A stretch of DNA of 64,000 nucleotides from an uncultured delta proteobacterium. Lineage in GTDB: Bacteria > Desulfobacterota > Binatia > Binatales > Binataceae. The stretch's first letter is position 1; every line of letters begins with the position of its first letter. The DNA lies in assembly GCA_963724765.1 (NCBI GenBank), contig CAVRVY010000002.1, positions 64,001 through 128,000 on the forward strand. Direction: 5' to 3'. Of this stretch, positions 20,953 through 30,621 are shown piece by piece. The translations under genes were made by a program, and so were the position numbers. The notes under the pieces were generated by a model, which saw only the letters and a program-made list of their open reading frames with translations, was not told the origin of the DNA and searched no databases.

Positions 20953-21031
20953 TCATCTTGATCTCCTCGCGACGAGGCCCAAAAGCGAAGCTCCCAGAAG
21001 CGGAGTTCCCGATTCCAGCTGCGAGGTCTCG

Positions 21032-21499
21032 ATGGTAGCCGTGCTGTTCGTATATTTGCTGAGCCTGGTCTGCTGGCTGGGCGGCATGGTGTTTTTCATA
21101 GCGGTCACGCAGAGCGCCTTCGCGGTGCTCCCAAAGGCGGAGGCGGGCAAGTTCCTAGCCGTGCTGTTTCCGCGTTACTACCTGCTCGGCTACATCTGCG
21201 GCGCGATCGGATTAATCCTGGCGATCTATCTGTGCGCGACGCGGATGCCGCGGATGTGGTGGGCGATGGCGGCGCTGGCGCTGCTGATCGCATTGGGGCT
21301 GACCGTCTACGCCGGCGCCGTGGTGCGGCCCCGGGTCGACGCGATTCGCACCGTGACCGAGGAGGCGAATCCTGATCCCGCGCGCCGCGCCGAATTCGAC
21401 CGGCTGCATCATCGCTCCGTCATGCTCAATGGCGCAGTGATGCTGCTCGACCTGGGGGCGCTGCTCGCAAGCGCCGCCGCGCTCACGCCTCGAACATAA
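21032..21499 (+). CDS. DUF4149/TMEM205-like membrane protein
   Basis: WLGGMVFF, AGKFLAVLFPRYY, FDRLHHRS; four hydrophobic helices. Confidence 0.82.
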   Translation: MVAVLFVYLLSLVCWLGGMVFFIAVTQSAFAVLPKAEAGKFLAVLFPRYYLLGYICGAIGLILAIYLCATRMPRMWWAMAALALLIALGLTVYAGAVVRPRVDAIRTVTEEANPDPARRAEFDRLHHRSVMLNGAVMLLDLGALLASAAALTPRT

Positions 21500-22257
21500 T
21501 GGATAATGGCGCGATCAAAGCGGTGGTGTTCGACCTCTTCGACACCCTGGTAAAGTGGGAACCCGAGCGGCTGCCGCTTTTGCACTGGCGCGAGCATTCC
21601 GCCCACAGCACGATTCCGTGGATATTGCCGTCGCTCCAGGAACGGATGGGTCCGCGCTTCGAACTCGAGAGGTTTCTCACCGTTTATCACGACGTGATCG
21701 ACGAGATTAACGCCGAGCGCGAACGCGAGGGTATCGAAATAACCTGCCAGGAGCGTTTCGAACGCACCCTGGAGCGTCTGGGCTACGCGGACCCCGCGGA
21801 GCGCGGCCTCCTCGCCTTCCATGTGACCCGCGTCCACATGGACGGCGTGCGCAAGGTCACCTTCGCGCCGCCCGAGCGCTCCGACGCCGTGCGCCGGCTG
21901 GCGCCGCACTTTCGCCTCGGCCTGCTCTCCAACTTCGACGACGCGCAGTGCGGGCGCGAGGTGCTGCTCGATACCGGCGTCGCCGACCTGTTCGAGGCGG
22001 TGATAATTTCGGCCGAGGTCGCCCTGCGCAAGCCCAACCCGCTTATCTACCAGCGCGTTCTGACGATGCTGCGGCTGGATCCGCACGCGATACTGTTCGT
22101 TGGCGACACGCCGCGCGAGGATGTGCTCGGGCCGCGGCTGGCCGCGATGCGCGTGGCGTGGGTGAACAAGCGCGGCGCTCCGCTGCCCGAGGGCATCCCG
22201 CAGCCCGACCTGACCGTCGCGGACATCGCCGAGCTTCCCGCTCTGCTCGGAGTGTGA
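21499..22257 (+). CDS. HAD-superfamily hydrolase
   Basis: FDLFDTL, LSN, RKPNP, VGDTPREDV. Confidence 0.9.
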   Translation: MDNGAIKAVVFDLFDTLVKWEPERLPLLHWREHSAHSTIPWILPSLQERMGPRFELERFLTVYHDVIDEINAEREREGIEITCQERFERTLERLGYADPAERGLLAFHVTRVHMDGVRKVTFAPPERSDAVRRLAPHFRLGLLSNFDDAQCGREVLLDTGVADLFEAVIISAEVALRKPNPLIYQRVLTMLRLDPHAILFVGDTPREDVLGPRLAAMRVAWVNKRGAPLPEGIPQPDLTVADIAELPALLGV

Positions 22258-22263
22258 CCCGCG

Positions 22264-22824
22264 ATGCTACGGCGTCCGGCAATCGCGGTGATCGGCGGCG
22301 GCGACGGCGCCAGCGTCGAGGTGCTTGAACTCGCGCACAAGGTAGGAGCCGAAATCGGCGCGCATGGCGCGACGCTCATTTGCGGCGGACGCGGCGGCGT
22401 AATGGAGGCGGCGGCGCGGGGCGCGTTCGAGCGCGGCGCGCATACCATCGGCGTTCTGCCCGGTTACGACCACGGCGCCGCCAATCCGCATATCGAGTTC
22501 GCGATCGCGACCGGGATGGGCGAAGCGCGCAACGCGGTCGTAATCGGCAGCGCCGACGCCGTAGTCGCGCTCGCCGGCGAGGGCGGCACGCTGAGCGAAA
22601 TCGGCTTTGCGCTCAAAATTGGCCGCCCCATCGTTGCGCTTCGTGCATGGCCGCAAATCGAAGGTGTCGAGCACGCCGACGAACCCGACGCCGCCGTGGG
22701 CGAGGCGATTCGGATGGCCCGGCTGGCGGCGGCTCGCCACGCGCGCAAGGGCAAGCGCGCAAGGTCGAACGATCAGAATCAAGCGCCCGACCTTGAAGAT
22801 GGCCGGAAAGGAGTAAAACCCTAG
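22264..22824 (+). CDS. LOG-family/TIGR00725-like nucleotide-binding protein
   Basis: CGGRGGVMEA, GMGEARN, GGTLSE. Confidence 0.88.
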   Translation: MLRRPAIAVIGGGDGASVEVLELAHKVGAEIGAHGATLICGGRGGVMEAAARGAFERGAHTIGVLPGYDHGAANPHIEFAIATGMGEARNAVVIGSADAVVALAGEGGTLSEIGFALKIGRPIVALRAWPQIEGVEHADEPDAAVGEAIRMARLAAARHARKGKRARSNDQNQAPDLEDGRKGVKP

Positions 22825-22831
22825 AGCTGCG

Positions 22832-23242
22832 ATGCCTGGGGCGGCACATGACAAGGTGCTCGAAGAGCTTCAGCAGGGGCCGTTCTCGGCCGCGCTGCGG
22901 TTCACGATCGAAGCGCGCGGCGAGGGCGAGGCGACGGTGCGGATGCCGTTTGGCGAGGGCCTCCTCAACGCCGGCGGCCCCGGCGTCCCGATCCACGGCG
23001 GCGCGATCGCGGCGCTGGCCGACTTCGCCGCTTGCGCCGCGATCTGGACGATGCCGCAGACGCGCAGCAGCGCGACCATCTCGATGACCATCAACTACAC
23101 CGCGCCGGCAGTGAAAACCGACCTTGTCGCGCACGCCCGGGTGCGCCGCGGCGGCAAGCGTATCGCCAGCATCGCGGTCGAAATCCGCGACCAGCGAGAC
23201 GCGCTTATCGCCGACGCGCTGGTCACCTACAAAATTGCCTGA
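22832..23242 (+). CDS. PaaI family thioesterase
   Basis: IHGGAIAALAD; INYTAPA; hotdog-fold pattern. Confidence 0.88.
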   Translation: MPGAAHDKVLEELQQGPFSAALRFTIEARGEGEATVRMPFGEGLLNAGGPGVPIHGGAIAALADFAACAAIWTMPQTRSSATISMTINYTAPAVKTDLVAHARVRRGGKRIASIAVEIRDQRDALIADALVTYKIA

Positions 23243-24011
23243 CTCGGCCGCGATACTCGCCGCGGTGCGCGCGGCCGCCGCGCGCTACGGGCTCAACCTG
23301 TGCGCCGCGCTCCCGCTCGCCCGTTACGACGCGGCGGTCCAGCCCCAGGCGCGAGCGTCGCTCATCGACCCGGCTGCGCGCTCGATCGTGGTGCTCGGCA
23401 ACGGCGGAGGTGATTTCTGGGCGGCATTCAAGCGGCATGCGGCGCGCAACCCCGGATGGTGGGAGCGCGAAAATCCGCTCGATGACTTCACCCGTGATGT
23501 GGTCGAGCGCGAGGTCACGGCGCCGCTGCGCGATGCTGCGCTCCGCTACACCATCGTCCATCCCTTCATGCACGGCGGACCGACGCTCAACTTCGTCGAA
23601 CTGGGCAAGGCGGCGGGAATCGCCGGGCCGAGCATCCTCGGCGTCGTGGTGCATCCGGTGTTCGGTCCGTGGATCGCGTTTCGCGCGGCGCTGCTCCTGG
23701 AGGCCCTAATCGACACGCCGGGCGACGCGCGCGGATTCGATCCGTGTCTCGGATGTGTCCCGCGCAGTTGCCTCAGCGCGTGTCCGGTCGGCGCGGTGAG
23801 TTTTCCCGCCGGATGGGACGTGCCGAAATGCCTGACGCATCGGGTCGAGGTCGAGCCGGATTGCGCCGGGCGATGTCACGCACGAGTTGGATGCGTTCTC
23901 GGCCCGGAGCATCGGTACGCTGACGATGAGCTCGCGTATCATCAGATGCGCGCGCTGCGCGCGATGCGCCCGTACTACGAAACGCACATCAAGCCCAGGC
24001 CGCGCGGCTAG
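23235..24011 (+). CDS. QueG/CblC-like protein with 4Fe-4S Cys cluster
   Basis: NPLDDFT, VHPVFGPWIAFRAAL, CLGC...CLSACPVGA, C...C...CHARVGC; TTG start overlaps the upstream gene. Confidence 0.72.
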   Translation: MPDSAAILAAVRAAAARYGLNLCAALPLARYDAAVQPQARASLIDPAARSIVVLGNGGGDFWAAFKRHAARNPGWWERENPLDDFTRDVVEREVTAPLRDAALRYTIVHPFMHGGPTLNFVELGKAAGIAGPSILGVVVHPVFGPWIAFRAALLLEALIDTPGDARGFDPCLGCVPRSCLSACPVGAVSFPAGWDVPKCLTHRVEVEPDCAGRCHARVGCVLGPEHRYADDELAYHQMRALRAMRPYYETHIKPRPRG

Positions 24012-24058
24012 TTACTAGCGAAGTGTGCGCGCCGCGCGGCTGAAACGCGCGACGCCGC

Positions 24059-25000
24059 TTAACGCCAATCATCGAGTATGTAGTTGCCTGAGCGGTTGTA
24101 GGCAGGCTCGTTGGGACTCTGCATCACGACGCCGATTCGCTCGGCGCGAAATCCACGCGCCGCCAACTTCCGATGCGCCCGCTCGCGCGCGAAGTTGACG
24201 CTAGCGCGCAGCTGATGCGCTCCGGCGCCCAGCGCTAGCGCCTCGCAGGCGTCGAGCATCTCATCGAAGTCGCGCTCAGCACGCTTGTCCGGCCGCGCGG
24301 CCGCGAACTTGACGAAGCACACGCCGCTGCCGGCCTCGCTCGCGCGCCCGATATGCGTAACGGCGAACCAGGACACCTTCGATCCGCGCCGCTCGAGGAT
24401 GGTCTCGCCCAAGCGCAGCCGATCGGCCGCCTCGATCTCGCGCCGCAGGTCGAGCCCGGCGAAAAATGAATCGGTAAGCTCGCGGCAGGCCGCGATCGTT
24501 TCTGTCTTTGCGTTCGCGGAGAGCGCGGAGAATTTTTCGTACTCGACCTGATGCTGCCGCGGCTGCAGTTCCTTTTGCATCACCGCGCTTAAAAAGCGCG
24601 GCCAGAATCCGTAGCGCTGGTAGAGCGCGATGTGCTTGGGGCTCTGCGAAAAAGTATAGAGCCCGCGATGACGCACGCCCCACCGCTCTAACATCGCCAT
24701 TGTGGCCTCGACCAGATGCTGACCGACCTTCTGATCCCATAGCTCCGGACGCACCGAAAGCGGGCCGAAGTAGGCGAGGCTGCCCCATCGCACGGCGAAG
24801 TTCGATCCGGCAAGCCGCCCGTTGTGCTCTGCGGCCAGCGCGCCCTCGGGATCGGAGCGACATCGCGAGTGCGCGTAGCCGGCGTCGTCCCACATCGCGG
24901 CCGGGTCCTTTAGCCCGATGAAGGTGCCGAAGGCGAGCCGCATGATGCGGTCGGCCTCGTCGAGATCGCTTTCGACCAGAGGCCGCACGAGGATGGTCAT
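24059..25000 (-). CDS. GNAT family N-acetyltransferase (tandem domain)
   Basis: LSVRPELWDQKVGQHL, ALYQRYGF, plus a second degenerate repeat. Confidence 0.85.
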   Translation of the reverse strand: MTILVRPLVESDLDEADRIMRLAFGTFIGLKDPAAMWDDAGYAHSRCRSDPEGALAAEHNGRLAGSNFAVRWGSLAYFGPLSVRPELWDQKVGQHLVEATMAMLERWGVRHRGLYTFSQSPKHIALYQRYGFWPRFLSAVMQKELQPRQHQVEYEKFSALSANAKTETIAACRELTDSFFAGLDLRREIEAADRLRLGETILERRGSKVSWFAVTHIGRASEAGSGVCFVKFAAARPDKRAERDFDEMLDACEALALGAGAHQLRASVNFARERAHRKLAARGFRAERIGVVMQSPNEPAYNRSGNYILDDWR

Positions 25001-25053
25001 GTCATTTCAGCCGGACCGAGTTGGATGGCCCGCGCCCAATTCGCTGCCGCGAA

Positions 25054-26025
25054 TCATTTAAGCCGTTTCGCGACCTCGGTGGCGAAGTAGGTGAGGATCA
25101 TGTCGGCGCCGGCCCGCTTGATCGAGGTCAGCACTTCCATCACCGCGCGCTCCTCGTCGAGCCATCCGTTAAGCCCGGCCGCCCGCAGCATCGAGTACTC
25201 GCCCGAGACGTTGTAGGCCGCCACGGGCACGCGGAACTCGTGCTTGGCGCGGTAGATCAGGTCGAGATACGGCAGCGCCGGCTTGACCATCACGATGTCA
25301 GCGCCCTCGGCGAGATCGAGCGCGATCTCGCGCATCGCCTCATCGCCATTGGGCGGGTCCATCTGGTAGGAGCGGCGGTCGCCGAACTGTGGCGCCGACT
25401 CGGCGGCCTCGCGAAACGGCCCGTAGAAGGCCGAGGCGAACTTGGCCGAGTAAGCCATGATCGGAACGTGCACGAAGCCGTTTTCGTCCAGCGTTTTGCG
25501 GATTGCGCCGACCCGCCCGTCCATCATGTCCGACGGCGCGACCATGTCGGCGCCGGCGCGCGCGTGCGAGAGCGCCTCGCGCGAGAGCAGCTCGAGCGTC
25601 GCGTCGTTGTCGACGTCGTTGCCGAGCACCACGCCGCAATGACCGTGGTCGGTGTACTCGCACATGCAGACGTCGGTTATCACCGCGAGGCCGGGCACGT
25701 GCTCCTTGATTTCGCGAATCGCGCGCTGCACCTCGCCCTGGTCGTTCCACGCCTCGCTGCCGTGAGGGTCCTTGCGCTGCGGGATGCCGAACAGGATGGT
25801 CGCCGGGACGCCGGCCGCGTGCGTCTCACGCGCGGCGCGCACTACCTGATCGACCGACATCTGCGCCACGCCCGGCATCGAACTGATCGGACGTTTGACG
25901 TCGCGTCCCGGGCAGACAAAAAACGGCTGGATAAGATCGTCGGGCGCAAGGCGCATCTCTCGGACCATCCGGCGCAGTGTCTCGGTGCGCCGAAGCCGCC
26001 GTGGGCGATTGATTGGAAACGCCAT
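25054..26025 (-). CDS. hemB: Porphobilinogen synthase (Zn-type)
   Basis: [42 protein letters not shown]. Confidence 0.97.
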   Translation of the reverse strand: MAFPINRPRRLRRTETLRRMVREMRLAPDDLIQPFFVCPGRDVKRPISSMPGVAQMSVDQVVRAARETHAAGVPATILFGIPQRKDPHGSEAWNDQGEVQRAIREIKEHVPGLAVITDVCMCEYTDHGHCGVVLGNDVDNDATLELLSREALSHARAGADMVAPSDMMDGRVGAIRKTLDENGFVHVPIMAYSAKFASAFYGPFREAAESAPQFGDRRSYQMDPPNGDEAMREIALDLAEGADIVMVKPALPYLDLIYRAKHEFRVPVAAYNVSGEYSMLRAAGLNGWLDEERAVMEVLTSIKRAGADMILTYFATEVAKRLK

Positions 26026-26126
26026 CGGGATGCTTACCCCCTCAAGGGCGGAACTCGGACTTGACCTCAGATTATATTGATGAGACGCGGCGGAACGAAA
26101 CCGTTCTTGCGCGCCGGGAATGACGA

Positions 26127-26162
26127 GCGGCGGGCGCCCCGGATGACCGGAACGCCCGCCGC
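26127..26162. terminator. GC-rich hairpin downstream of the phosphatase-family gene
   Basis: GCGGCGGGCG/CGCCCGCCGC arms with an inner CCGG/CCGG stem; weak U-tract. Confidence 0.45.
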
Positions 26163-26204
26163 GTTTGTGGCAGAGTCTGCCCGCCCCCCCCCTTGGGCGT
26201 GCGC

Positions 26205-27947
26205 CTACTCTGGGAGCGGGAGTCCCGGCAGAACCGGGGTATGCTCCAACCGAACCGCCTTCAGGCTCTGCGGATTGAGGCCCAGCGCCTTCAGGATCGT
26301 TGGCGCGACCTGTTTGGTCTGCACCGGGGTGGTGACCGTATTGGCCGGAATATTCGGGTTCGACACCAGCAGGATGACGTTGGTGTCGTCATGCGAGAAG
26401 CCGCCGTGCTCCGCGAGCTTCTTCACACTGTTGGAATAGGTCACGCCGATATTGGGAGTAACGAGGATATCCGGCGCGCGGGAATCTCCGGCATCGTAGT
26501 ACAAGGCAATCGAGGGGCCCGAGAAAATCTCGCCGATGCCCGCGATGTTGTCGGCCAGCGGCAGCGCGGGTGACGCGGTCTCGAGCGCTTTGACCTCGGT
26601 AGCGACGTCGCACGTAGACGTCAGCCAAAGCAGGGCTACGTCATCCTCCGTCGGTCCAATCTGGGTTAACTCCGAAGCCGGCAGGCAGGAGGCCAGAATT
26701 GTGGCCGGATCGTTGGATCCATCCGGCTGATAGCGGCTGGAATCGACCGGCGACTGGCCGTGCTTCGCGGTGATGATGAAGAGCGTCGATTCAAGCAAAT
26801 GCTTCTTCTTCAATTCAGAGAGCATCAGCCCGATCGAGGTGTCGACATACTTGATCTCCTGGAACAGCGATGGGCTGGGGGTTCCAATCGAATCAAGGTA
26901 ACCGCCTTTGGTGCTGTAAGTCGGAGACATCGGTGGTATGCCGCCGTTGTGCTGATATATCAACTTTTGCCCGATGCTCACCGCCTGGAAATTCATGCCG
27001 AAGATCGTCGGCACCGGCTTCTTGTGGACGCCGTCGTGGTCCTTGCCGTTGATCTCGTTAAGGATGGCCTGCACCTTGAGGCTGTCATAGCACTGGATGT
27101 TCAGGAAGCTTCCCGTGTAGTCATCGGCCGCGCTCACGGCGAACTGGTCCGGCAGGCTGGGGTTGCAAGTGTTGAGCGCTGGAGTCGCGCCGGCCTCGAA
27201 ATCCGCGGAATCGGAGTTTATTTCCGGCGCGAAGTAGTCGTTGACATTGGAGTCACTGGAGGTACCGGTAGGGCCGCCCACCGACGAATACGACGGATGC
27301 TTGTCAGCCCAAGCCGTATACCCTCCTGCACCGTGGATGACTCCGAAAATCGTGTTGACACGGACAAAGTTCCATGGATAAACGGGATTGCAATTCTCGT
27401 CGCGTTCCAGCCGGGTCGGATCGATCGAGTTGACCCCGCCGTCGCCGGTCGGCGCGCCACCGTTGAGAAACATCTGATTGGCGATGCCCGGGACATTGAT
27501 ATTGATGCCTTCGTCGAATTCAGTGCTGGTGCCGGACGGGGTTGCTCCAGACGTGCAAGAGCCGCCTAACAACCCGTTGCCCGTATCGTCCAACGGCGGA
27601 TTGAGCGCGCGGTCGTAAGCCACATCGTAATTGACGCCCATCGTGCGCGGCGAGCCACCGGTCATCAGCGCCATCAGCCCCGGAAATGAATCCGACGGCT
27701 TCGAGGTCGACGTGTCCAGATAATTCACGCCCATGCTTCCGAGCTCCGCCAGGTTGGGGCAGTAGGGATTGCCGCCGTTGAAGCCCGGGATACCTTTGGA
27801 ACAGTTCAAATAATCAAGCGCGTGGAACCCGTCGATGCTGATTAAAAGCACGTGGTGGATGTCATCCGAGTCGGCGAAAACCTGCTGGATCGACGCGACC
27901 AGCAGGAAGGTGCCGACAATGGCGCCTACTCTTAATTTCTTACCCAT
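26205..27947 (-). CDS. Secreted alkaline-phosphatase-superfamily (type I phosphodiesterase/NPP-like) protein
   Basis: Signal peptide; [33 protein letters not shown]; GGAGG RBS. Confidence 0.85.
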   Translation of the reverse strand: MGKKLRVGAIVGTFLLVASIQQVFADSDDIHHVLLISIDGFHALDYLNCSKGIPGFNGGNPYCPNLAELGSMGVNYLDTSTSKPSDSFPGLMALMTGGSPRTMGVNYDVAYDRALNPPLDDTGNGLLGGSCTSGATPSGTSTEFDEGININVPGIANQMFLNGGAPTGDGGVNSIDPTRLERDENCNPVYPWNFVRVNTIFGVIHGAGGYTAWADKHPSYSSVGGPTGTSSDSNVNDYFAPEINSDSADFEAGATPALNTCNPSLPDQFAVSAADDYTGSFLNIQCYDSLKVQAILNEINGKDHDGVHKKPVPTIFGMNFQAVSIGQKLIYQHNGGIPPMSPTYSTKGGYLDSIGTPSPSLFQEIKYVDTSIGLMLSELKKKHLLESTLFIITAKHGQSPVDSSRYQPDGSNDPATILASCLPASELTQIGPTEDDVALLWLTSTCDVATEVKALETASPALPLADNIAGIGEIFSGPSIALYYDAGDSRAPDILVTPNIGVTYSNSVKKLAEHGGFSHDDTNVILLVSNPNIPANTVTTPVQTKQVAPTILKALGLNPQSLKAVRLEHTPVLPGLPLPE

Positions 27948-28001
27948 ATTCCCCTCCAAGGATTTGAGATTAAAGACCGACGCGGATGATTACTGAAGCA
28001 A

Positions 28002-28039
28002 ATGAATTGAGAATGACGCGAGTGTTAAGTTAAGGTTGC
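28002..28039 (-). promoter_or_regulatory. PHO-box-like direct repeats
   Basis: Minus strand GCAAC-N6-TTAAC-N6-GTCAT-N6-TTCAT (11-nt period) about 55 nt upstream of the phosphatase start. Confidence 0.65.
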
Positions 28040-28178
28040 GAAAAATCTCAGTTAGAAGCAGGACGAACTGAGTATAGTGTCGCGTGATATAACGAAAGAT
28101 CTGCCGCTGAGCGTTTGGCTAATCGAAGAAAGTAACTTGCGCAAACCTATCTGAAAGAACGAGCGCCGCCGCAGCAAT

Positions 28179-28205
28179 TTAACGCGTCGTTAATCGCGCG
28201 ATAAC
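28179..28205 (+). promoter_or_regulatory. PHO-box-like direct repeats
   Basis: TTAAC-N6-TTAAT-N6-ATAAC (11-nt period) upstream of the 28293 gene. Confidence 0.55.
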
Positions 28206-28292
28206 TCTGGCGATGATTAAGCGTGCTATCTACCGGACGCAACCGTTCGCATCCAGACATCCATGTTCAAAAACGCCAGGAGGTAGGGGACT

Positions 28293-29414
28293 GTGAAAAC
28301 TGCTCTGAGTCAAAGAGGTGTCGCTGCCCGGGCCCTTGCCGGCGGCGCTTCGCTATTGCTGCTCGCCGCGCTGCGGCCGGCGCCCGCTCGCGCGGTCAGT
28401 CCGTCGGCGGTCGCTCCTTATTCGTTCAACACCTTCGCTATATCCGAGAACGGCTATACCGCGCCCGATTCGATCACGTTTTCGCGCGACAACGTCTTCG
28501 TTGGCTATGGCAACGGCGGTAACCCCGACGGCTCCGGCGGCGCGATGAGTACGATCGTCAAGTACAAGATGGACGGAACGGTGGTGAAGACCTACACCGT
28601 CGTCGGCCATAACGACGGTCTGAGATACAATATCGAGACCGGCGATCTGTGGGCGCTGCAGAACGAAGACGCCAACACCACGCTCATCATCATCGAGCCA
28701 GGCACCGGCACGCAGAAGACCTACACCATCGGGACTGGACCGCACGGCGGCGGCTATGACGATATCGATTTCGACGGCGATGCGATCTATGTAAGCGCAT
28801 CCAACCCTTCAATTGAGACCGCGCCTGGAATCGCTCGGCTCAAGCTGAAGGGCAATAAGGTCGAACTGACCGGCATCCTCAACGACGATGCGTCGGCGAC
28901 CGACGTGGTCACCGGCGAGACCGTGACGCTCAATCTTACGGATCCGGATTCGATGATAGTCGATCCGTACGGTGAGCTGCTGCTCGACTCCCAGGCCGAC
29001 GGCGAGCTCATCATCGTGCAGCATCCCGGAAAAGGTTGCCAGAACAACCTGCTCGTGCCGCTGTCCTCGGAGGTCGGCGGAACGACGCCCGGCAATACGA
29101 CGGCTGACGACACGGTCTTTGCGAATGACGCGCAAGGCACGCTGCTCGTCGCAGACAAGGATGGCGAAGCGGTCTACGCGATAACCGCAGCGTATTTCGC
29201 GCCGGGCGCGGCCTACACCGCCATCGTGGCGACCACCACGCCGGGCGGATCAACGGCTGCGGCCTTCGTCGGGCAGACCAATCTGACTACGGGCTTTGTC
29301 ACTCCGATCCTTAATGGACTCCAGAATCCCGGCGGGATGGCGTTTATCCCCGCCGATAGCCACCCGAGTCTTGTGCCAGCGTCTGTAGTCGAAAAGGCCA
29401 ACGAATGCCCGTAG
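28293..29414 (+). CDS. Uncharacterised secreted, acidic, probable beta-propeller protein
   Basis: AGGAGG RBS; signal peptide ending ARA; repeated blade-like motifs PDSITF, NDGLRY, YDDIDF, PDSMIV, ADDTVF, PGGMAF. Confidence 0.75.
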   Translation: MKTALSQRGVAARALAGGASLLLLAALRPAPARAVSPSAVAPYSFNTFAISENGYTAPDSITFSRDNVFVGYGNGGNPDGSGGAMSTIVKYKMDGTVVKTYTVVGHNDGLRYNIETGDLWALQNEDANTTLIIIEPGTGTQKTYTIGTGPHGGGYDDIDFDGDAIYVSASNPSIETAPGIARLKLKGNKVELTGILNDDASATDVVTGETVTLNLTDPDSMIVDPYGELLLDSQADGELIIVQHPGKGCQNNLLVPLSSEVGGTTPGNTTADDTVFANDAQGTLLVADKDGEAVYAITAAYFAPGAAYTAIVATTTPGGSTAAAFVGQTNLTTGFVTPILNGLQNPGGMAFIPADSHPSLVPASVVEKANECP

Positions 29415-29448
29415 CCGGTATGATTAGCGAGCGATTTGAAACTAAACC

Positions 29449-29475
29449 ATCATTCGTCCGACACATTGCCGTAAC
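29449..29475 (+). promoter_or_regulatory. PHO-box-like direct repeats upstream of pstS
   Basis: ATCAT-N6-GACAC-N6-GTAAC (11-nt period). Confidence 0.55.
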
Positions 29476-29553
29476 AATAGTTTGGTCCGATTGGACACTG
29501 CGGAGGTATGTTCTCGCCGGTCGAGCGACCTCCGAAAACCTGAGGAGAGACCT

Positions 29554-30621
29554 ATGAGGATTGTGCGCAACGTACTGCTGCCTATTGTCGTGTCGCTGAT
29601 GGGCGTGGGGCTTGTGACCTTGGGCAGCCGTTTCGGCGCGAGACTTGATTGCGGCGCGGCGCTCGGCGCCGAGGGCGCGATCACTTTGCAGGGCACCGGC
29701 GCGACGTTTCCGGCGCCGCTCTATCAAAAGTGGTTCACCGAATATAACAAGGCGCATCCCGACGTGCAGATCAATTATCAGGCGCTAGGCAGCGGCGCCG
29801 GAATAAAGCAGTTCCAGCAAAACCTGGTCGACTTCGGGGCCAGCGATGCGGCGATGACCGACGAGGAGATGGCCGCGGTCAAAGACGGGGTCGTGCTGCT
29901 CCCGATGACCGCTGGCGCAATCGTGCTCGCCTACAATCTGCCCGACGGTCCGAGCGAGCTTAAGCTCTCGCGCGAGGCTTACGTGGGAATCTTCCTCGGC
30001 AAAATCACCCAATGGAATGACCCGGTTATCGCCAAGGCTAACCCGGGAGCGAAACTGCCGGACACCAAGATAACCGTCGTGGTCCGCTCGGATGGAAGCG
30101 GTACCACCTTCGTCTTCACCTCGCACTTAAGCGCCATCAGCGATGCCTGGAAGAGCGGGCCGGGCGCGGGCAAGTCGGTCAACTTTCCGACTGCGGTGGC
30201 AGGCAAGGGCAACCCCGGTGTGACCGCGCTGATCAAGGAGACTCCGGGCGCGATCGGTTACGTCGAGTACGGTTACGCGGTGCAGACCAAGATGCCGATG
30301 GCGTCGCTCGAGAACAAGCGCGGCAAATACGTGAAGGCCGGTCTGGCGACCGGCAAGGACGCGCTCGCGAGCGTTCAGTTGCCGGCCAACCTGCGCGCGT
30401 GGATCACCGATCCCACAGGCGCGCAGTCCTATCCAATCGTCACTTATACCTGGTTGCTTTGCTACAAAAAGTATAAAGACCCGAAGACCGCCGCCACTCT
30501 CAAGTCCGTGATTCAATACGGCCTCACCCAGGGCCAGTCGTTCAGCGTCGATCTCGGCTATATCCCGCTACCCGCGAACGTCGTGGACGCGGTCACCAAG
30601 GCGCTCCAACAGATCTCATGA
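29554..30621 (+). CDS. pstS: Phosphate ABC transporter substrate-binding protein
   Basis: GATFPAPLY, GSGAG, FGASD, RSDGSGTT, YPIVTYTW. Confidence 0.95.
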   Translation: MRIVRNVLLPIVVSLMGVGLVTLGSRFGARLDCGAALGAEGAITLQGTGATFPAPLYQKWFTEYNKAHPDVQINYQALGSGAGIKQFQQNLVDFGASDAAMTDEEMAAVKDGVVLLPMTAGAIVLAYNLPDGPSELKLSREAYVGIFLGKITQWNDPVIAKANPGAKLPDTKITVVVRSDGSGTTFVFTSHLSAISDAWKSGPGAGKSVNFPTAVAGKGNPGVTALIKETPGAIGYVEYGYAVQTKMPMASLENKRGKYVKAGLATGKDALASVQLPANLRAWITDPTGAQSYPIVTYTWLLCYKKYKDPKTAATLKSVIQYGLTQGQSFSVDLGYIPLPANVVDAVTKALQQIS

